A stretch of 64,000 nt of DNA, taken from Anaeromyxobacteraceae bacterium. GTDB lineage: Bacteria > Myxococcota > Myxococcia > Myxococcales > Anaeromyxobacteraceae. Location: positions 832,001-896,000 of the forward strand of contig JASGHJ010000002.1 of assembly GCA_047602405.1 (NCBI GenBank), written 5' to 3'. This document shows, in pieces, positions 21,987-31,502 of the stretch. Positions within the stretch are counted from its first letter, which is position 1. Each line of letters begins with the position of its first letter. The translations under genes and the position numbers were made by a program. The notes under the pieces were generated by a model. It saw nothing but the letters and a program-made list of their open reading frames with translations. It was not told where the DNA came from and did no database searches.

Positions 21987-22484
21987 GTGTTGAGCCTCCC
22001 CGACCGCTTCCCGGCCCGCCTCGCCGCCCTCGCCACCGCCGGCGCGCTCTCCGCCTGCGCCACCGGCTCCGGTGCCGATGGCTCCGCGAACGTCGCGGGC
22101 CGGAACCGCCGCGTGGAGGTGCTCGACCTCATGGCGAGGAAGGCGGACGCCGCGCCGATGGACACGGGGCCGGTTCCGGGCGGCGGCCGCGCGCGCGGGC
22201 GGTCGCTCGACCACGCGGTGAGCCGCACGGTCGAGGGCCACCGCCGCGCGTTCCAGTCCTGCCTCGAGCGCACCTCGAAGGGCCCGCCGGTCCGCACGCG
22301 CGCGACGCTGCTCCTCAAGGTGCGCGCGAGCGGCGCCGTCTCCGACGCGCGCGTCGTCGAGCGGCACGTGCGCGCCCGCCCGCTCGGACAATGCCTCGTG
22401 GACGCCTCTTACCGGATGACGTTCCCGGCGTTCGACGGCCCGCCGCTCGAGGTCAGGGTGCCCCTCGACCTGCAGGCCCGGTAG
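21987..22484 (+). CDS. Lipoprotein with TonB-C/AgmX-PglI-like C-terminal domain
   Basis: LSAC lipobox; FQSCLE...GQCLV...MTFPAFDG pattern. Confidence 0.65.
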   Translation: MLSLPDRFPARLAALATAGALSACATGSGADGSANVAGRNRRVEVLDLMARKADAAPMDTGPVPGGGRARGRSLDHAVSRTVEGHRRAFQSCLERTSKGPPVRTRATLLLKVRASGAVSDARVVERHVRARPLGQCLVDASYRMTFPAFDGPPLEVRVPLDLQAR

Positions 22485-24804
22485 CGGGCACGGCGGACGC
22501 GCCGAGCCGGGCGAGCGCGGCCACGCTCCGGGGGTACGCCCAGCCGCGCCACATCGTCCGCGGCAGGTAGAGCGCCTGGAACGCGCGCAGCGCGCGCGCT
22601 GCCTCGGCGCCGCGCCCGTGCTCGGCCGCGAGGTCGGCGTAGAGGAAGCGCGGCGGCAGCCGCCAGGCCGTCACGGGGTGCTCCGCCGCGAGCGCGCGGA
22701 GCGCCTCGAGCCCGCGGTCCACGTCGCCGGCCCGCACCGCGGCCACGCCCGCGTACGCGCGGGCCTCCACGGACCCGGGCGCGAGCCCGGCCGCGAGCCG
22801 CGCGGCGAGCGCGGCCTCGCCCACCCACGCGAGCCCGGCCGCGTGCTCGGGGGCGTCGGCCGGCGAGACCGCGAGGAGCTCCTCGGCACGGGCCCGCGCC
22901 TCGGCGCGCCCGAGCCCGAGCGCGTGATCGACGCGGAGCGCGAGGTGGAGCGCGTCGCGCGAGAGCGCCGGCCGCTCCTTCACGAGCGCCGCCAGCCGGG
23001 CGTCGCCCGCGCGCGGATCGCCGCGGTAGGCGTCGAGCGTCGCGAGCGCGTAGGCCGCGAGCGGGCGGCCCAGGGTGCCCGCCGAGGCGAGCGCGGCGAG
23101 CGCGGCCTCGGCGTCCGCGTACCGGCCCGCGAGCACGAGCGCGGCCACGAGGTCCTCGCGCGCGACGAGCCCGCCGCCCGCGTCGACGCCGCTGCGGGCC
23201 GCGCCCTCGGCCGCCGGCAGCTCCCCGAGCCAGCCCCGGCCGATCGAGACCGCGTGCCAGGCGGCCGCGTCGCCCCGCCCCTCCCACGCCGCGATCCGCG
23301 CGCGGAGGTCGTCCGCGCGGCCGGTCGCGCCGAGGGCCTCGGCGAGGAGTCCCTGCGCGCGCGGCGAGCCGGGGTCGAGCGCCGCGGCCCGCTCGAGCCA
23401 GGGGAGGGCCGCCGCGAGGTCGTCCGCCGCGCGCAGCGTCGCCCCGGCCTCGAAGAACGCCTCGGGGTCGTCCGGCCAGCGGCGCGTCGCCTCGCGGTAG
23501 CGCGCGAGCGCCTCCTCCGGGCGCCGGTCGATGCGGGCCTTCCAGGCCTGCGCGAGGAGCCGCTCCTTGTCGGGCGCGCCGCGGGCGTGCTCGAGCGCCT
23601 TCTCGATGGCGAAGCGCTGCTCGGCGCGGTCGCCGCCCTCGCTCGCGCTCCAGGCGGCGAGCCGGTACCACGCGGCCGCGAAGGCGGGATCGCGGGCGAG
23701 CGCGTTGCGGAAGAGCGCGCCGCAGTCCTCGCCGAGCGTCGGCCGCGTCGCGCACTCGGTGCCGAGGACGTACCAGCGGTGGGCCTCGGCGTCGGCGGCG
23801 CCGGCGCGCACGCTGCCGGGGTGGGGCCCCGACGAGCTTTGCTCGGCGGGGCGGGGGGCGCCGAGCCCCCCGCGAGACGCAGCATCGGGCGCCGCGCGCC
23901 CGGCGAGGTAGCCGACGACGGCGGCCGCGACGGCGAGCACCCCGCCCGCCGCGAGCGCGAGGCGCAGCCGCCGCCGCCCGGGCCGGAGCTTTCGCCCCGC
24001 GTCCTCGAGCGCCGCGAGGAACGCGGCGGCGCTCGCCGGGCGCCGGGCCGGGTCCGGATCGCGCGCGTTCGCGGCGAGCGCCCGGAGCGCGGTGGGCGCG
24101 CCGGCCCCGTCGCCGAGCGCGTCGCCGAGGAGCACGCCGAGCGCGAAGAGATCGGTGCGGGCGTCCTCGGCGCCGCCGGCCCGCTGCTCCGGCGCCATGT
24201 AGCCCGGCGTGCCGCCCTTCACGCCGTCGCGGCCGAAGACGTGGGCGAGGCCGAAGTCGAGCACCTTCACCTCGCCGCCCGCGGTCAGGAAGACGTTGCC
24301 GGGCTTGAGATCGCGGTGCAGCACGCCGCGCGCGTGGGCGTGCTCGAGGGCCCGCCCCACCGCGCGCGCCACCTGCACGGCCTCGCGGGCGGGGAGCGGC
24401 CCGCGAACGAGCCGGTCGGCGAGCGTCTCGCCCTCGAGGAGCTCGAGCACGAGGTACGGCCCGGCCTCCGAGCGCCCGACGTCGTGGAGGGTGACGATGT
24501 TGGGGTGGTGGAGCGCCGCGACCGCGGCCGCCTCGCGCGCGAGCAGCGCCTCGCGGGCGGGGTCGCGCGCGCGCCGGCCGGGCCGGACCGCCTTGAAGGC
24601 GACGCGCCGCCCGAGCTCGACGTCGCGCGCCTCGAGCACGACCCCGAAGCCGCCGCGACCGAGCTCCCGCACGAGCTCGAAGCGGCCGACCCGCTCGCCG
24701 GGGCGCGGCGCGCGGGCCCAGGCGTCCGCGAGGTCGGCCTCGGGGGCGCTCGCGAGCTCGGCGATGAGGGCGGACAGCCCGCCCCGCTCGGCGGGCGCTC
24801 TCAC
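22453..24804 (-). CDS. Hanks-type Ser/Thr protein kinase with TM segment and extracellular TPR region
   Basis: LGRGGFGVV, VAFK, HRDLKPGN, DFGLA, GTPGYMAPE, then a TM helix and TPR-like helices. Confidence 0.9.
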   Translation of the reverse strand: MRAPAERGGLSALIAELASAPEADLADAWARAPRPGERVGRFELVRELGRGGFGVVLEARDVELGRRVAFKAVRPGRRARDPAREALLAREAAAVAALHHPNIVTLHDVGRSEAGPYLVLELLEGETLADRLVRGPLPAREAVQVARAVGRALEHAHARGVLHRDLKPGNVFLTAGGEVKVLDFGLAHVFGRDGVKGGTPGYMAPEQRAGGAEDARTDLFALGVLLGDALGDGAGAPTALRALAANARDPDPARRPASAAAFLAALEDAGRKLRPGRRRLRLALAAGGVLAVAAAVVGYLAGRAAPDAASRGGLGAPRPAEQSSSGPHPGSVRAGAADAEAHRWYVLGTECATRPTLGEDCGALFRNALARDPAFAAAWYRLAAWSASEGGDRAEQRFAIEKALEHARGAPDKERLLAQAWKARIDRRPEEALARYREATRRWPDDPEAFFEAGATLRAADDLAAALPWLERAAALDPGSPRAQGLLAEALGATGRADDLRARIAAWEGRGDAAAWHAVSIGRGWLGELPAAEGAARSGVDAGGGLVAREDLVAALVLAGRYADAEAALAALASAGTLGRPLAAYALATLDAYRGDPRAGDARLAALVKERPALSRDALHLALRVDHALGLGRAEARARAEELLAVSPADAPEHAAGLAWVGEAALAARLAAGLAPGSVEARAYAGVAAVRAGDVDRGLEALRALAAEHPVTAWRLPPRFLYADLAAEHGRGAEAARALRAFQALYLPRTMWRGWAYPRSVAALARLGASAVPATGPAGRGAP

Positions 24805-24806
24805 GG

Positions 24807-25375
24807 TCAGTCGACGAGCCCGCGCTCGCGGGCGAGCCCGGCGAGCCGGTCCTTGAGCCGCTCGAAGCGCTTGCGGAGGGCGGCGGGCGAGACGTCCTCG
24901 CCGGTCTCGGCGAGCGCGGCGGCGACCTCGTCCCACTCGAGCCCGCGATCCACGCGCAGGACGAGCAGCGTGCGGTCCTCGGGGGAGAGCTCCGCGCGGA
25001 GCTGGGCGAGCCGGTCGCGCCTCGAGCCGGGCTCGTGGCCCGAGTCCGGCGCGATCGAGGCCGCGAGCCGCGACGCCATGCTCGTCGGCAGGTGCTCCCG
25101 CCGGACCTTGTAGCCCTCCCGCATGACCCGGGCGGCGGCGCGGTAGGCGACCCGGTACGCCCAGCCCCGGAGCGAGCACTCGAACCGGAAGCCGGGCAGC
25201 CCCTTCCAGAGATATCCTCCGCGAAGAGCGAGAAGGCATCCCGCGCGTCGTCCGGCTCCAGCATCGAGAAGAGGTAACCGAGCACGCCGGGGCCGAGGGC
25301 CTCGAGCGCGCGCGTCGCGGCGGTCGCCTGCTGCCCGGCGGCGAGCTCTTCCCGGATCTGCCCCTCGAGGTCCAC
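24807..25375 (-). CDS. ECF sigma factor (apparent 2-nt insertion at ~25212)
   Basis: Region 2 DARDAFSLFAEDLWKGLPGFRFECSLRGWAYRVA after repair; region 4 LSPEDRTLLVLRVDRGLEWDEVA...LRKRFERLK. Confidence 0.82.
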
Positions 25376-25473
25376 GTCGGGAGTGTACCGTCCCGTCCGC
25401 CCCCCGAGGTAGCGGACGGCCGGGCCGACAACGTCCGCCCGTCCGGGGCGGTCCGTGGTTGAATCACGGGCGC

Positions 25474-28134
25474 ATGCGCCTCCCAGCACGCACTCCGTCC
25501 GAGGCCGAGGGGCTCGCGGCCCTCGCCGCGGAGATTGGCGGCAAGGGGGCCGGGCTCGCCGCGCTCACCGGGCTCGGCATGCCGGTGCCGCCGTGGGTGC
25601 CCGTGCTCGCCTCCACCTGCGACCGCGTGCTCGCCCGCGCCCGGCCCGAGATCGACGCCGCGCTCGTCGGGCTCGGCGCGGGCCCGCTCGACCGCGCCGC
25701 GTGCGAGGACGCCGCGCGCCGGATCGCCCGGGCCATCCGCGAGGCGGGCTTCGTGCCCGCCGACGCCGCCCGCCTCGAGGCCGACCTCGGCCGCGCGTTC
25801 CCGGACGATCCCCAGGTGGCGGTCCGCTCGTCGGCCGTCGGCGAGGACGGCGAGCTCGACTCGTTCGCGGGCCAGCTCGACACCTTCCTCGCGGTCCCGC
25901 GCGCGGAGGTGAAGGAGCGGGTGCTCGACGCCCTCGCGTCCGCCTTCGGCGCGCGCGCGCTGCTCTACCGGCGCGCCCGCGGCCTGCCGCTCGACGGCAT
26001 CCGCGCGGCGGTGATTGTGCAGCGGCTCGTGCCGGCCCGGCGCTCGGGCGTGATCTTCACGGCCAACCCCACGACCGGCGACGCCTCGGAGGCGGTCGTG
26101 GTCGCGGGCTTCGGCCTCGGCGAGGGCGTGGTCGAGGGCCGGGTCGCCGTCGACGAGTGGACCTGCGAGCTCGCCTCGGGCGCCGTGCGCCGCGCGGTAC
26201 CCGCCTCGAAGCGGACCCGGGTGGTGGCGGCGGCGGAGGGCGGGACGCGCGAGGAGCCGGTGCCGCCGTCCGACGTCGAGTTCCCGGCGCTCTCCGAGGC
26301 CGAGGTCGCGCGGCTCGTGGAGCTGGGGCGCGAGATTGGGGCGGCCGCGGGCGTCCCGCAGGACGTCGAGTGGGCCATCGATCCGGCCGGGAAGCCCTGG
26401 ATCCTCCAGGCGCGGGCGATCACCACGCTCGCGCGCGGGCGCGAGCACGTCTTCGACGGCGCGAGCGTCGTCGAGGGCTACCCCGGCCTCACCCGCCCGC
26501 TCACCTTCACGACGCTCTGCCGCTCGCAGGCGGCGTCGCTGCGCGAGGCGGCCCGCCAGCTCGGCGTCCCGGACGACGTGCTCGACCGCGAGGGCCGGGT
26601 CTTCGACCAGCTCTACGCGCTCGTCGAGGGCCGGGTGGTGCAGGACCTCGTCGCGCGGCGCCGCGTGGTCGGGTTCGCGCCGGGGCTCGAGTTCCTGCTC
26701 GACGGCCTCGACGAGCAGCTCGGCCTGCCGGGCCGGCCGGGCGACCGGACGCGCAAGCCGAGGCGCGCGGGTCGGCTCGCGCGGCTGCGCGGCCGCCTCC
26801 GCCTCCTCGCGCTGCTGCGCTCGCACGCACGGCTCGCCGAGCGGTACGTCGCCGCCGTGGACGAGGAGCGTGCGCGCCACGCCCGGCTCGACCGCGGCGC
26901 CCTCGACGCGCACGCGCTCCTCGAGGAGGTCGAGGCGCTCTCGCAGCGGGTCGATCGCCTCGCGGCGGCGGCGCCGCTCAACGACCTCTTCACCTCCCGC
27001 CTGCACGCCCTCGTCCAGCGGCTCCTCGCGCGCTGGGCGCCGGGCGACCCCGCCGCCCTGGGCGACGCCCTCGTCGGCCGCCTCACGAACCTCGAGAGCC
27101 TGGAGCCGGCCCGGTCGTTCGCCGAGCTCGCGGAGCTCGCGCGGGCGGTGCCCGACGTCGTGCACGCCCTCGAGTCCACGCTCCCGCCCGCGGAGGCGTG
27201 GGCCGCGATCGAGTCGGAGCAGGGGACGCGGGCGTGGCGCGGCGCGCTCGCCGAGCACGTCGACCGGTTCGGCGAGCGGACCGTCGAGGAGCTGAAGCTC
27301 GAGACGCCCCCGCTCGCCGAGCGTCCGGACGTGTGCATCGCGCTCGTGCGCCACGCGCTCGTCCCGAGCGCGCTCGGCCACGGCGAGGCGCCCGCGGTCG
27401 CCGAGGCCCGCGCCGCGGTGGAGCGTGCGCTCGTGGGCCACCCGCTCCGCCGGGCGATCCTGGGGTGGGCGGTGCGGCGCTGCCGCGAGGGGCTCCGCCG
27501 CCGCGAGGTCCTGCGGCTCGCGCGGGCGCGGACGGTCGGCATCGCCCGGACGCTCTGGCTCGCGCTCGGGGAGGTGCTCGTCGAGGACGGCCTCCTCGGC
27601 GCGCGGGCGGACGTCTTCTGGCTCGGCGCCGACGAGCTCTCCGGCCTCGTGCGCGGGCAGGCCCTCGACGTCGAGCCCGCGAAGGTGGTCGCGGCCCGCA
27701 GTGCGGCCTGGGACGCCTGGGCGAGGCGGCAGCCGGCCCCGCGCATCGTCACCCACGGCACCGTGCACGCCCGGCCCTTCCCGCAGGCGCCCCGGTCCGC
27801 GTCCGACCGCGCGGGCGAGCTGCGCGGCCGCGGCTGCTGCCCGGGCAAGGTCCGCGGCCCGGCGCGGGTGGTGAAGGACGCCGCCACGGCGCCGCCGGTG
27901 CGGGGCCACGTGCTCGTCGCGCCCTCGACCGACCCGGGCTGGATCTTCCTCATGGTCTCGGCCGCCGCGCTCGTCTCGGAGCGCGGCAACCCGCTCTCGC
28001 ACACCGCCATCGTCGGCCGGGAGCTCGGCATCCCGACGGTGGTCGGCGTGCCGCGCGCGACCGAGCGCTTCGCCGACGGCGAGACGCTCGAGGTCGACGG
28101 CGCCGCGGGGACCGTGAAGCGGGTCGCGAGGTAG
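25474..28134 (+). CDS. PEP-utilising dikinase-type enzyme (ATP-grasp, substrate domain, C-terminal phospho-His swivel; RPH/PigC-like architecture)
   Basis: GGKG, VRSSAVGED, SFAGQ, GLGEGVVEG, DVEWA, LQARAIT; C-terminal TDPGW and LSHTAIVGRELGIP. Confidence 0.88.
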   Translation: MRLPARTPSEAEGLAALAAEIGGKGAGLAALTGLGMPVPPWVPVLASTCDRVLARARPEIDAALVGLGAGPLDRAACEDAARRIARAIREAGFVPADAARLEADLGRAFPDDPQVAVRSSAVGEDGELDSFAGQLDTFLAVPRAEVKERVLDALASAFGARALLYRRARGLPLDGIRAAVIVQRLVPARRSGVIFTANPTTGDASEAVVVAGFGLGEGVVEGRVAVDEWTCELASGAVRRAVPASKRTRVVAAAEGGTREEPVPPSDVEFPALSEAEVARLVELGREIGAAAGVPQDVEWAIDPAGKPWILQARAITTLARGREHVFDGASVVEGYPGLTRPLTFTTLCRSQAASLREAARQLGVPDDVLDREGRVFDQLYALVEGRVVQDLVARRRVVGFAPGLEFLLDGLDEQLGLPGRPGDRTRKPRRAGRLARLRGRLRLLALLRSHARLAERYVAAVDEERARHARLDRGALDAHALLEEVEALSQRVDRLAAAAPLNDLFTSRLHALVQRLLARWAPGDPAALGDALVGRLTNLESLEPARSFAELAELARAVPDVVHALESTLPPAEAWAAIESEQGTRAWRGALAEHVDRFGERTVEELKLETPPLAERPDVCIALVRHALVPSALGHGEAPAVAEARAAVERALVGHPLRRAILGWAVRRCREGLRRREVLRLARARTVGIARTLWLALGEVLVEDGLLGARADVFWLGADELSGLVRGQALDVEPAKVVAARSAAWDAWARRQPAPRIVTHGTVHARPFPQAPRSASDRAGELRGRGCCPGKVRGPARVVKDAATAPPVRGHVLVAPSTDPGWIFLMVSAAALVSERGNPLSHTAIVGRELGIPTVVGVPRATERFADGETLEVDGAAGTVKRVAR

Positions 28135-28665
28135 TCAGCGCACGTGGCCGCCGGCGCGGTTCACGCGCTCGACGAGGCGGCGGGCGCGCGCGACGGCGTG
28201 GGCGCTCGCGCCTTCCACGGGCACGAGCTCGGCGCGCCGCAGGAACCCGGGCGTGCGCGCGAGGCGCAGCGCGATCGTGCGGGCGGGGTGGGGGAGGCGC
28301 TCCGCGAGGCGTGCAGCGGAGCGGTCGTCCGGCGCAGCGACGAGCGCCGAGGCGCGGAGGTGGTGCGCGGCGAGGACGGACGCCCCACCAGAGCCGTCGA
28401 GGACGAGATCGGCCGCGGTGATCGCCTCCTCGAGGTCCGGCGTGAAGAGGATCCCGTCGAGCACGCGCTGCCGCTCGCCGCGCGTGAGCGCGCCCGCACC
28501 GGTGGCGGCGTCCACGAGCGCGCGAACCCCAGTCGCGGCGCGCTCCAGCGCCTCCTCCGAAGGGTCGTGCAGCCGGACCGCGCAGCGCGCGAGCGCGCAC
28601 AGGAGCGCCCACGCGGCCTCCGCGTCGCCGCAGCCCAGGATCGCGACCGTCTCGACTTCCTGCAC
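28135..28665 (-). CDS. Degenerate 3-hydroxyacyl-CoA dehydrogenase NAD-binding-domain protein
   Basis: TVAILGCG, VRLHDPSEEALERA, DLEEAITAADLV; no C-terminal dimerisation domain. Confidence 0.6.
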   Translation of the reverse strand: MQEVETVAILGCGDAEAAWALLCALARCAVRLHDPSEEALERAATGVRALVDAATGAGALTRGERQRVLDGILFTPDLEEAITAADLVLDGSGGASVLAAHHLRASALVAAPDDRSAARLAERLPHPARTIALRLARTPGFLRRAELVPVEGASAHAVARARRLVERVNRAGGHVR

Positions 28666-28740
28666 CTTCCCTCCCGGGAGGGGTGTATTCCGCCGGGGTT
28701 CGCGCTGGCAAGCGGGCGCCTCCGACCGTACAAATGAAGC

Positions 28741-29214
28741 ATGACCTGGACCCGCGCCGCCGCCACCCTGGCCGCCCTCGCGCTCGCCGCCTGCGGCCCT
28801 TCGAAGGAGGAGGAGCGCCTGAAGCAGCTGAAGCAGCAGTGCGAGGCCTCCGTGGGGGGGACGATCCGCGATCTCGAGATCACCTACGGCGGGCTCGACA
28901 TCCAGATCCGCGCGCTCGGGGTCGACCAGAGCGGCAACGTCGTGCTCGCCTGCGGCACCGACATCTCGAAGCTCCAGTGCACCTCCGAGGCCGATCGCTG
29001 CATCCTGGGGTTCTTCTTCCCGAGGTCGAACGACCCGGGCACCTGCGGCGCCACGGGCTGCTACTTCACCTGCGAGGTGCGCGCGGACCTCGCGGACCTC
29101 GCCGCCCACCAGGACGACCACCTCGCCACCATCTGCGGCGCGCGGTGGGACCAGCACCTGGAAATCCCGCCGTTCTATTACGATCCGTACCTGTTCGAAG
29201 TGAACCTCAACTGA
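28741..29214 (+). CDS. Cys-rich lipoprotein
   Basis: LAAC lipobox plus 8 further Cys. Confidence 0.75.
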   Translation: MTWTRAAATLAALALAACGPSKEEERLKQLKQQCEASVGGTIRDLEITYGGLDIQIRALGVDQSGNVVLACGTDISKLQCTSEADRCILGFFFPRSNDPGTCGATGCYFTCEVRADLADLAAHQDDHLATICGARWDQHLEIPPFYYDPYLFEVNLN

Positions 29215-29222
29215 GACCGCCC

Positions 29223-29657
29223 GTGATCCGCACGCCCTCGAAGCTCGCCGTCGTCCTCGCTGCCGCCGCCGCGGCGCTCACCCTCGCCGCCTGCGGCGAC
29301 AAGTGCCCGACCGAGTCGCCGAACATCGACAAGGTGCCGAGCTGCACCTACCCGCCCGGCGCCACCGCCTCGGTGACCATCCGCGTCTGCGAGAAGTGCA
29401 ACCAGAGCGCGACCACCTGCCAGGTCGACATCCAGGGCAACACCATCCAGCTCGACCCGATGAGCGAGGCCTGCTCCGACGCGTCCTCCTGCTCCGGCGC
29501 CTCCTGCAACATCAACCCGAACATCACCTGCTCGTTCCAGGTCCCGGCGGCGACCGGCACCTACACGCTGCTCGTGTACGACCCCGGGACGGCCAGCACC
29601 AAGCAGGGCACGCTCACGGTGCAGCAGGACGCGGTGGCGAGCTGCGCCTTTCCCTGA
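29223..29657 (+). CDS. Cys-rich lipoprotein
   Basis: GTG start, LAAC lipobox plus 10 further Cys. Confidence 0.75.
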   Translation: MIRTPSKLAVVLAAAAAALTLAACGDKCPTESPNIDKVPSCTYPPGATASVTIRVCEKCNQSATTCQVDIQGNTIQLDPMSEACSDASSCSGASCNINPNITCSFQVPAATGTYTLLVYDPGTASTKQGTLTVQQDAVASCAFP

Positions 29658-29731
29658 GCCCTCGCGCCCTGCACCGATGGTAGAGTCGCCCTCCGCGCGC
29701 CGCACCCTGGCGGCGCACGAGGAGGGGCGAC

Positions 29732-31501
29732 ATGTCCACCCATCGTGACGAGTGGCTCGCGACCGCGGGCCACGACCTCCCGCTCGACGCCGCCACGCTG
29801 TTCCCCGAGGGGGACGGCTTCCTGGAGCGCCGCCGCGCCGCGCGCCGCGCGGGCCAGGTCGCGAAGCTGCGGCCGGTGCTCTCGAGGCTCGAGCCGGGCG
29901 AGGTGGTGCGGTACGTGGCGCTCGGCGCGTACCACAAGCTCGCGGAGGCCTACTTCACGGGCTACTGGGTCTCGTACCAGACCAACCTGACCGCGCTCGT
30001 CCTCACCGATCGGCGCCTGCTCCTCGTCCACTGCAGGTCGAGCGGCGCGCCGCGCGACGTGAAGAACCAGGTCCGGCTCGACCAGCTCCGCGAGGTGAAG
30101 CCTCGCGGGCTCTTCAGCGGCGCGACGCTCCTGCTCGCCGACGGGGCGAAGCTCTTCTACCAGGGGCTCCCGAAGGCGGACGCGCAGCGCCTCGCGGCGC
30201 TGGTCGCCGCCGCGCGCGGCGCCTCGCCCGGCCCGGCGGTCGCGCCGCCGGGGGCCCCGGCGTCGCTCGAGCACCTGTGCCCGTCCTGCCTCGCGCAGGT
30301 GCCCGGCCCGGCCGCGAGCGCGCGCGCCTGCCCCCGGCCGGAGTGCCGCATCCCGTTCCGCGACGCCCGGCGCGCCGCGCGGCTCTCCGCGGTCGTCCCC
30401 GGCATGGGCGACCTGTACCTCCGCCACCACCTCTTCGGCGCGTGGGAGTTCGTGGTCTCGATCGCCCTCCTGTGCTTCGCGGTGTTCCTGATCGCGGACG
30501 CCGCCACGGGCCAGGCGACCGTGATCGCGGGGGTGGTGGGCCTGCTCTTCGTCGTGCTGCCGCGGGTCATCGACTACTTCCTCACCCTGCACATGGGGAA
30601 GAAGGGCTACATCGCGCTCGCCGACCGGCCCGCGCCGGGCGGCGACGTGCGCAACCTGCCCGCGTTCCCGCGCTGGGCCATGGCGCTCTTCGCCGTGGGC
30701 GCCATCGCGGTCCTCGGGACGGCGGCCGGCGCGATCGGGCACGCGGGGGAGCGGCGGGTGGTCCGGCGGGCGATGGAGGCGGCCACGGCGGCGCGCTTCG
30801 ACGAGGCGCTCACCGCCTGGGGGGAGGCCGAGGCGAAGCAGGTGGCGGACAAGGAGGACCTCGCGGACCTCGTGCTCGCGCTGCTCCGCGCGGGCGACGT
30901 GCTCGACGCCGAGCGGCTCATGGCCGGGCTGGCCGGCGTGCAGATCGAGGACGCGAAGGCGAAGGAGATCGACGCCTCCTACGAGCGCTACTCGCAGGCC
31001 TTCGGGCGGTACGAGCGCGGCATCCGCGCGCTCGGCGAGCGCGACGACGAGGCCGCCTGGAAGGAGCTCGACCCGGCGTTCCCCGTGCTGCGGACGGTGA
31101 AGCGCCCGGCGGTGCCCGCGACGCGGGCCGAGGCGGCGCTGGAGCTCGCCGAGGGCGTGCTCGCCGGACCGGAGCAGCCCACCTCCGAGCACGTCGCCGC
31201 GGTGACGCACCTCGTGGAGCTCGGGAAGGGCGGCGGCGCCCGCCTCGCGCTCGTCGAGGCCCGCGTCGCCGCGGCGTCCGGCGAGGGCGACGCGGCCCGC
31301 GCGAAGCTCGCCGTCCGCGGCGCGCGCCTCGGTGGCCCGAACTGGAGCCTGCTCGAGCTCGAGACCCGGCTCGCCATCGCGAAGGACGCCACGGAGGCCG
31401 CCGCGGTCGCCGCCGAGGCGAAGGCCCTCGGCGAGCTCGAGGAGGGGCTCGCGGCGCGCCGGGACGCGGTGGTCGAGGGCGCGGCGGGGTTCGGGAAGTA
31501 G
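29732..31501 (+). CDS. Membrane protein (PH-like N-domain, Cys cluster, TM helices, helical C-domain)
   Basis: Good SD (AGGAGG); LVLTDRRLL, CPSC..CPRPEC, several TM segments. Confidence 0.7.
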   Translation: MSTHRDEWLATAGHDLPLDAATLFPEGDGFLERRRAARRAGQVAKLRPVLSRLEPGEVVRYVALGAYHKLAEAYFTGYWVSYQTNLTALVLTDRRLLLVHCRSSGAPRDVKNQVRLDQLREVKPRGLFSGATLLLADGAKLFYQGLPKADAQRLAALVAAARGASPGPAVAPPGAPASLEHLCPSCLAQVPGPAASARACPRPECRIPFRDARRAARLSAVVPGMGDLYLRHHLFGAWEFVVSIALLCFAVFLIADAATGQATVIAGVVGLLFVVLPRVIDYFLTLHMGKKGYIALADRPAPGGDVRNLPAFPRWAMALFAVGAIAVLGTAAGAIGHAGERRVVRRAMEAATAARFDEALTAWGEAEAKQVADKEDLADLVLALLRAGDVLDAERLMAGLAGVQIEDAKAKEIDASYERYSQAFGRYERGIRALGERDDEAAWKELDPAFPVLRTVKRPAVPATRAEAALELAEGVLAGPEQPTSEHVAAVTHLVELGKGGGARLALVEARVAAASGEGDAARAKLAVRGARLGGPNWSLLELETRLAIAKDATEAAAVAAEAKALGELEEGLAARRDAVVEGAAGFGK

Positions 31502-31502
31502 C

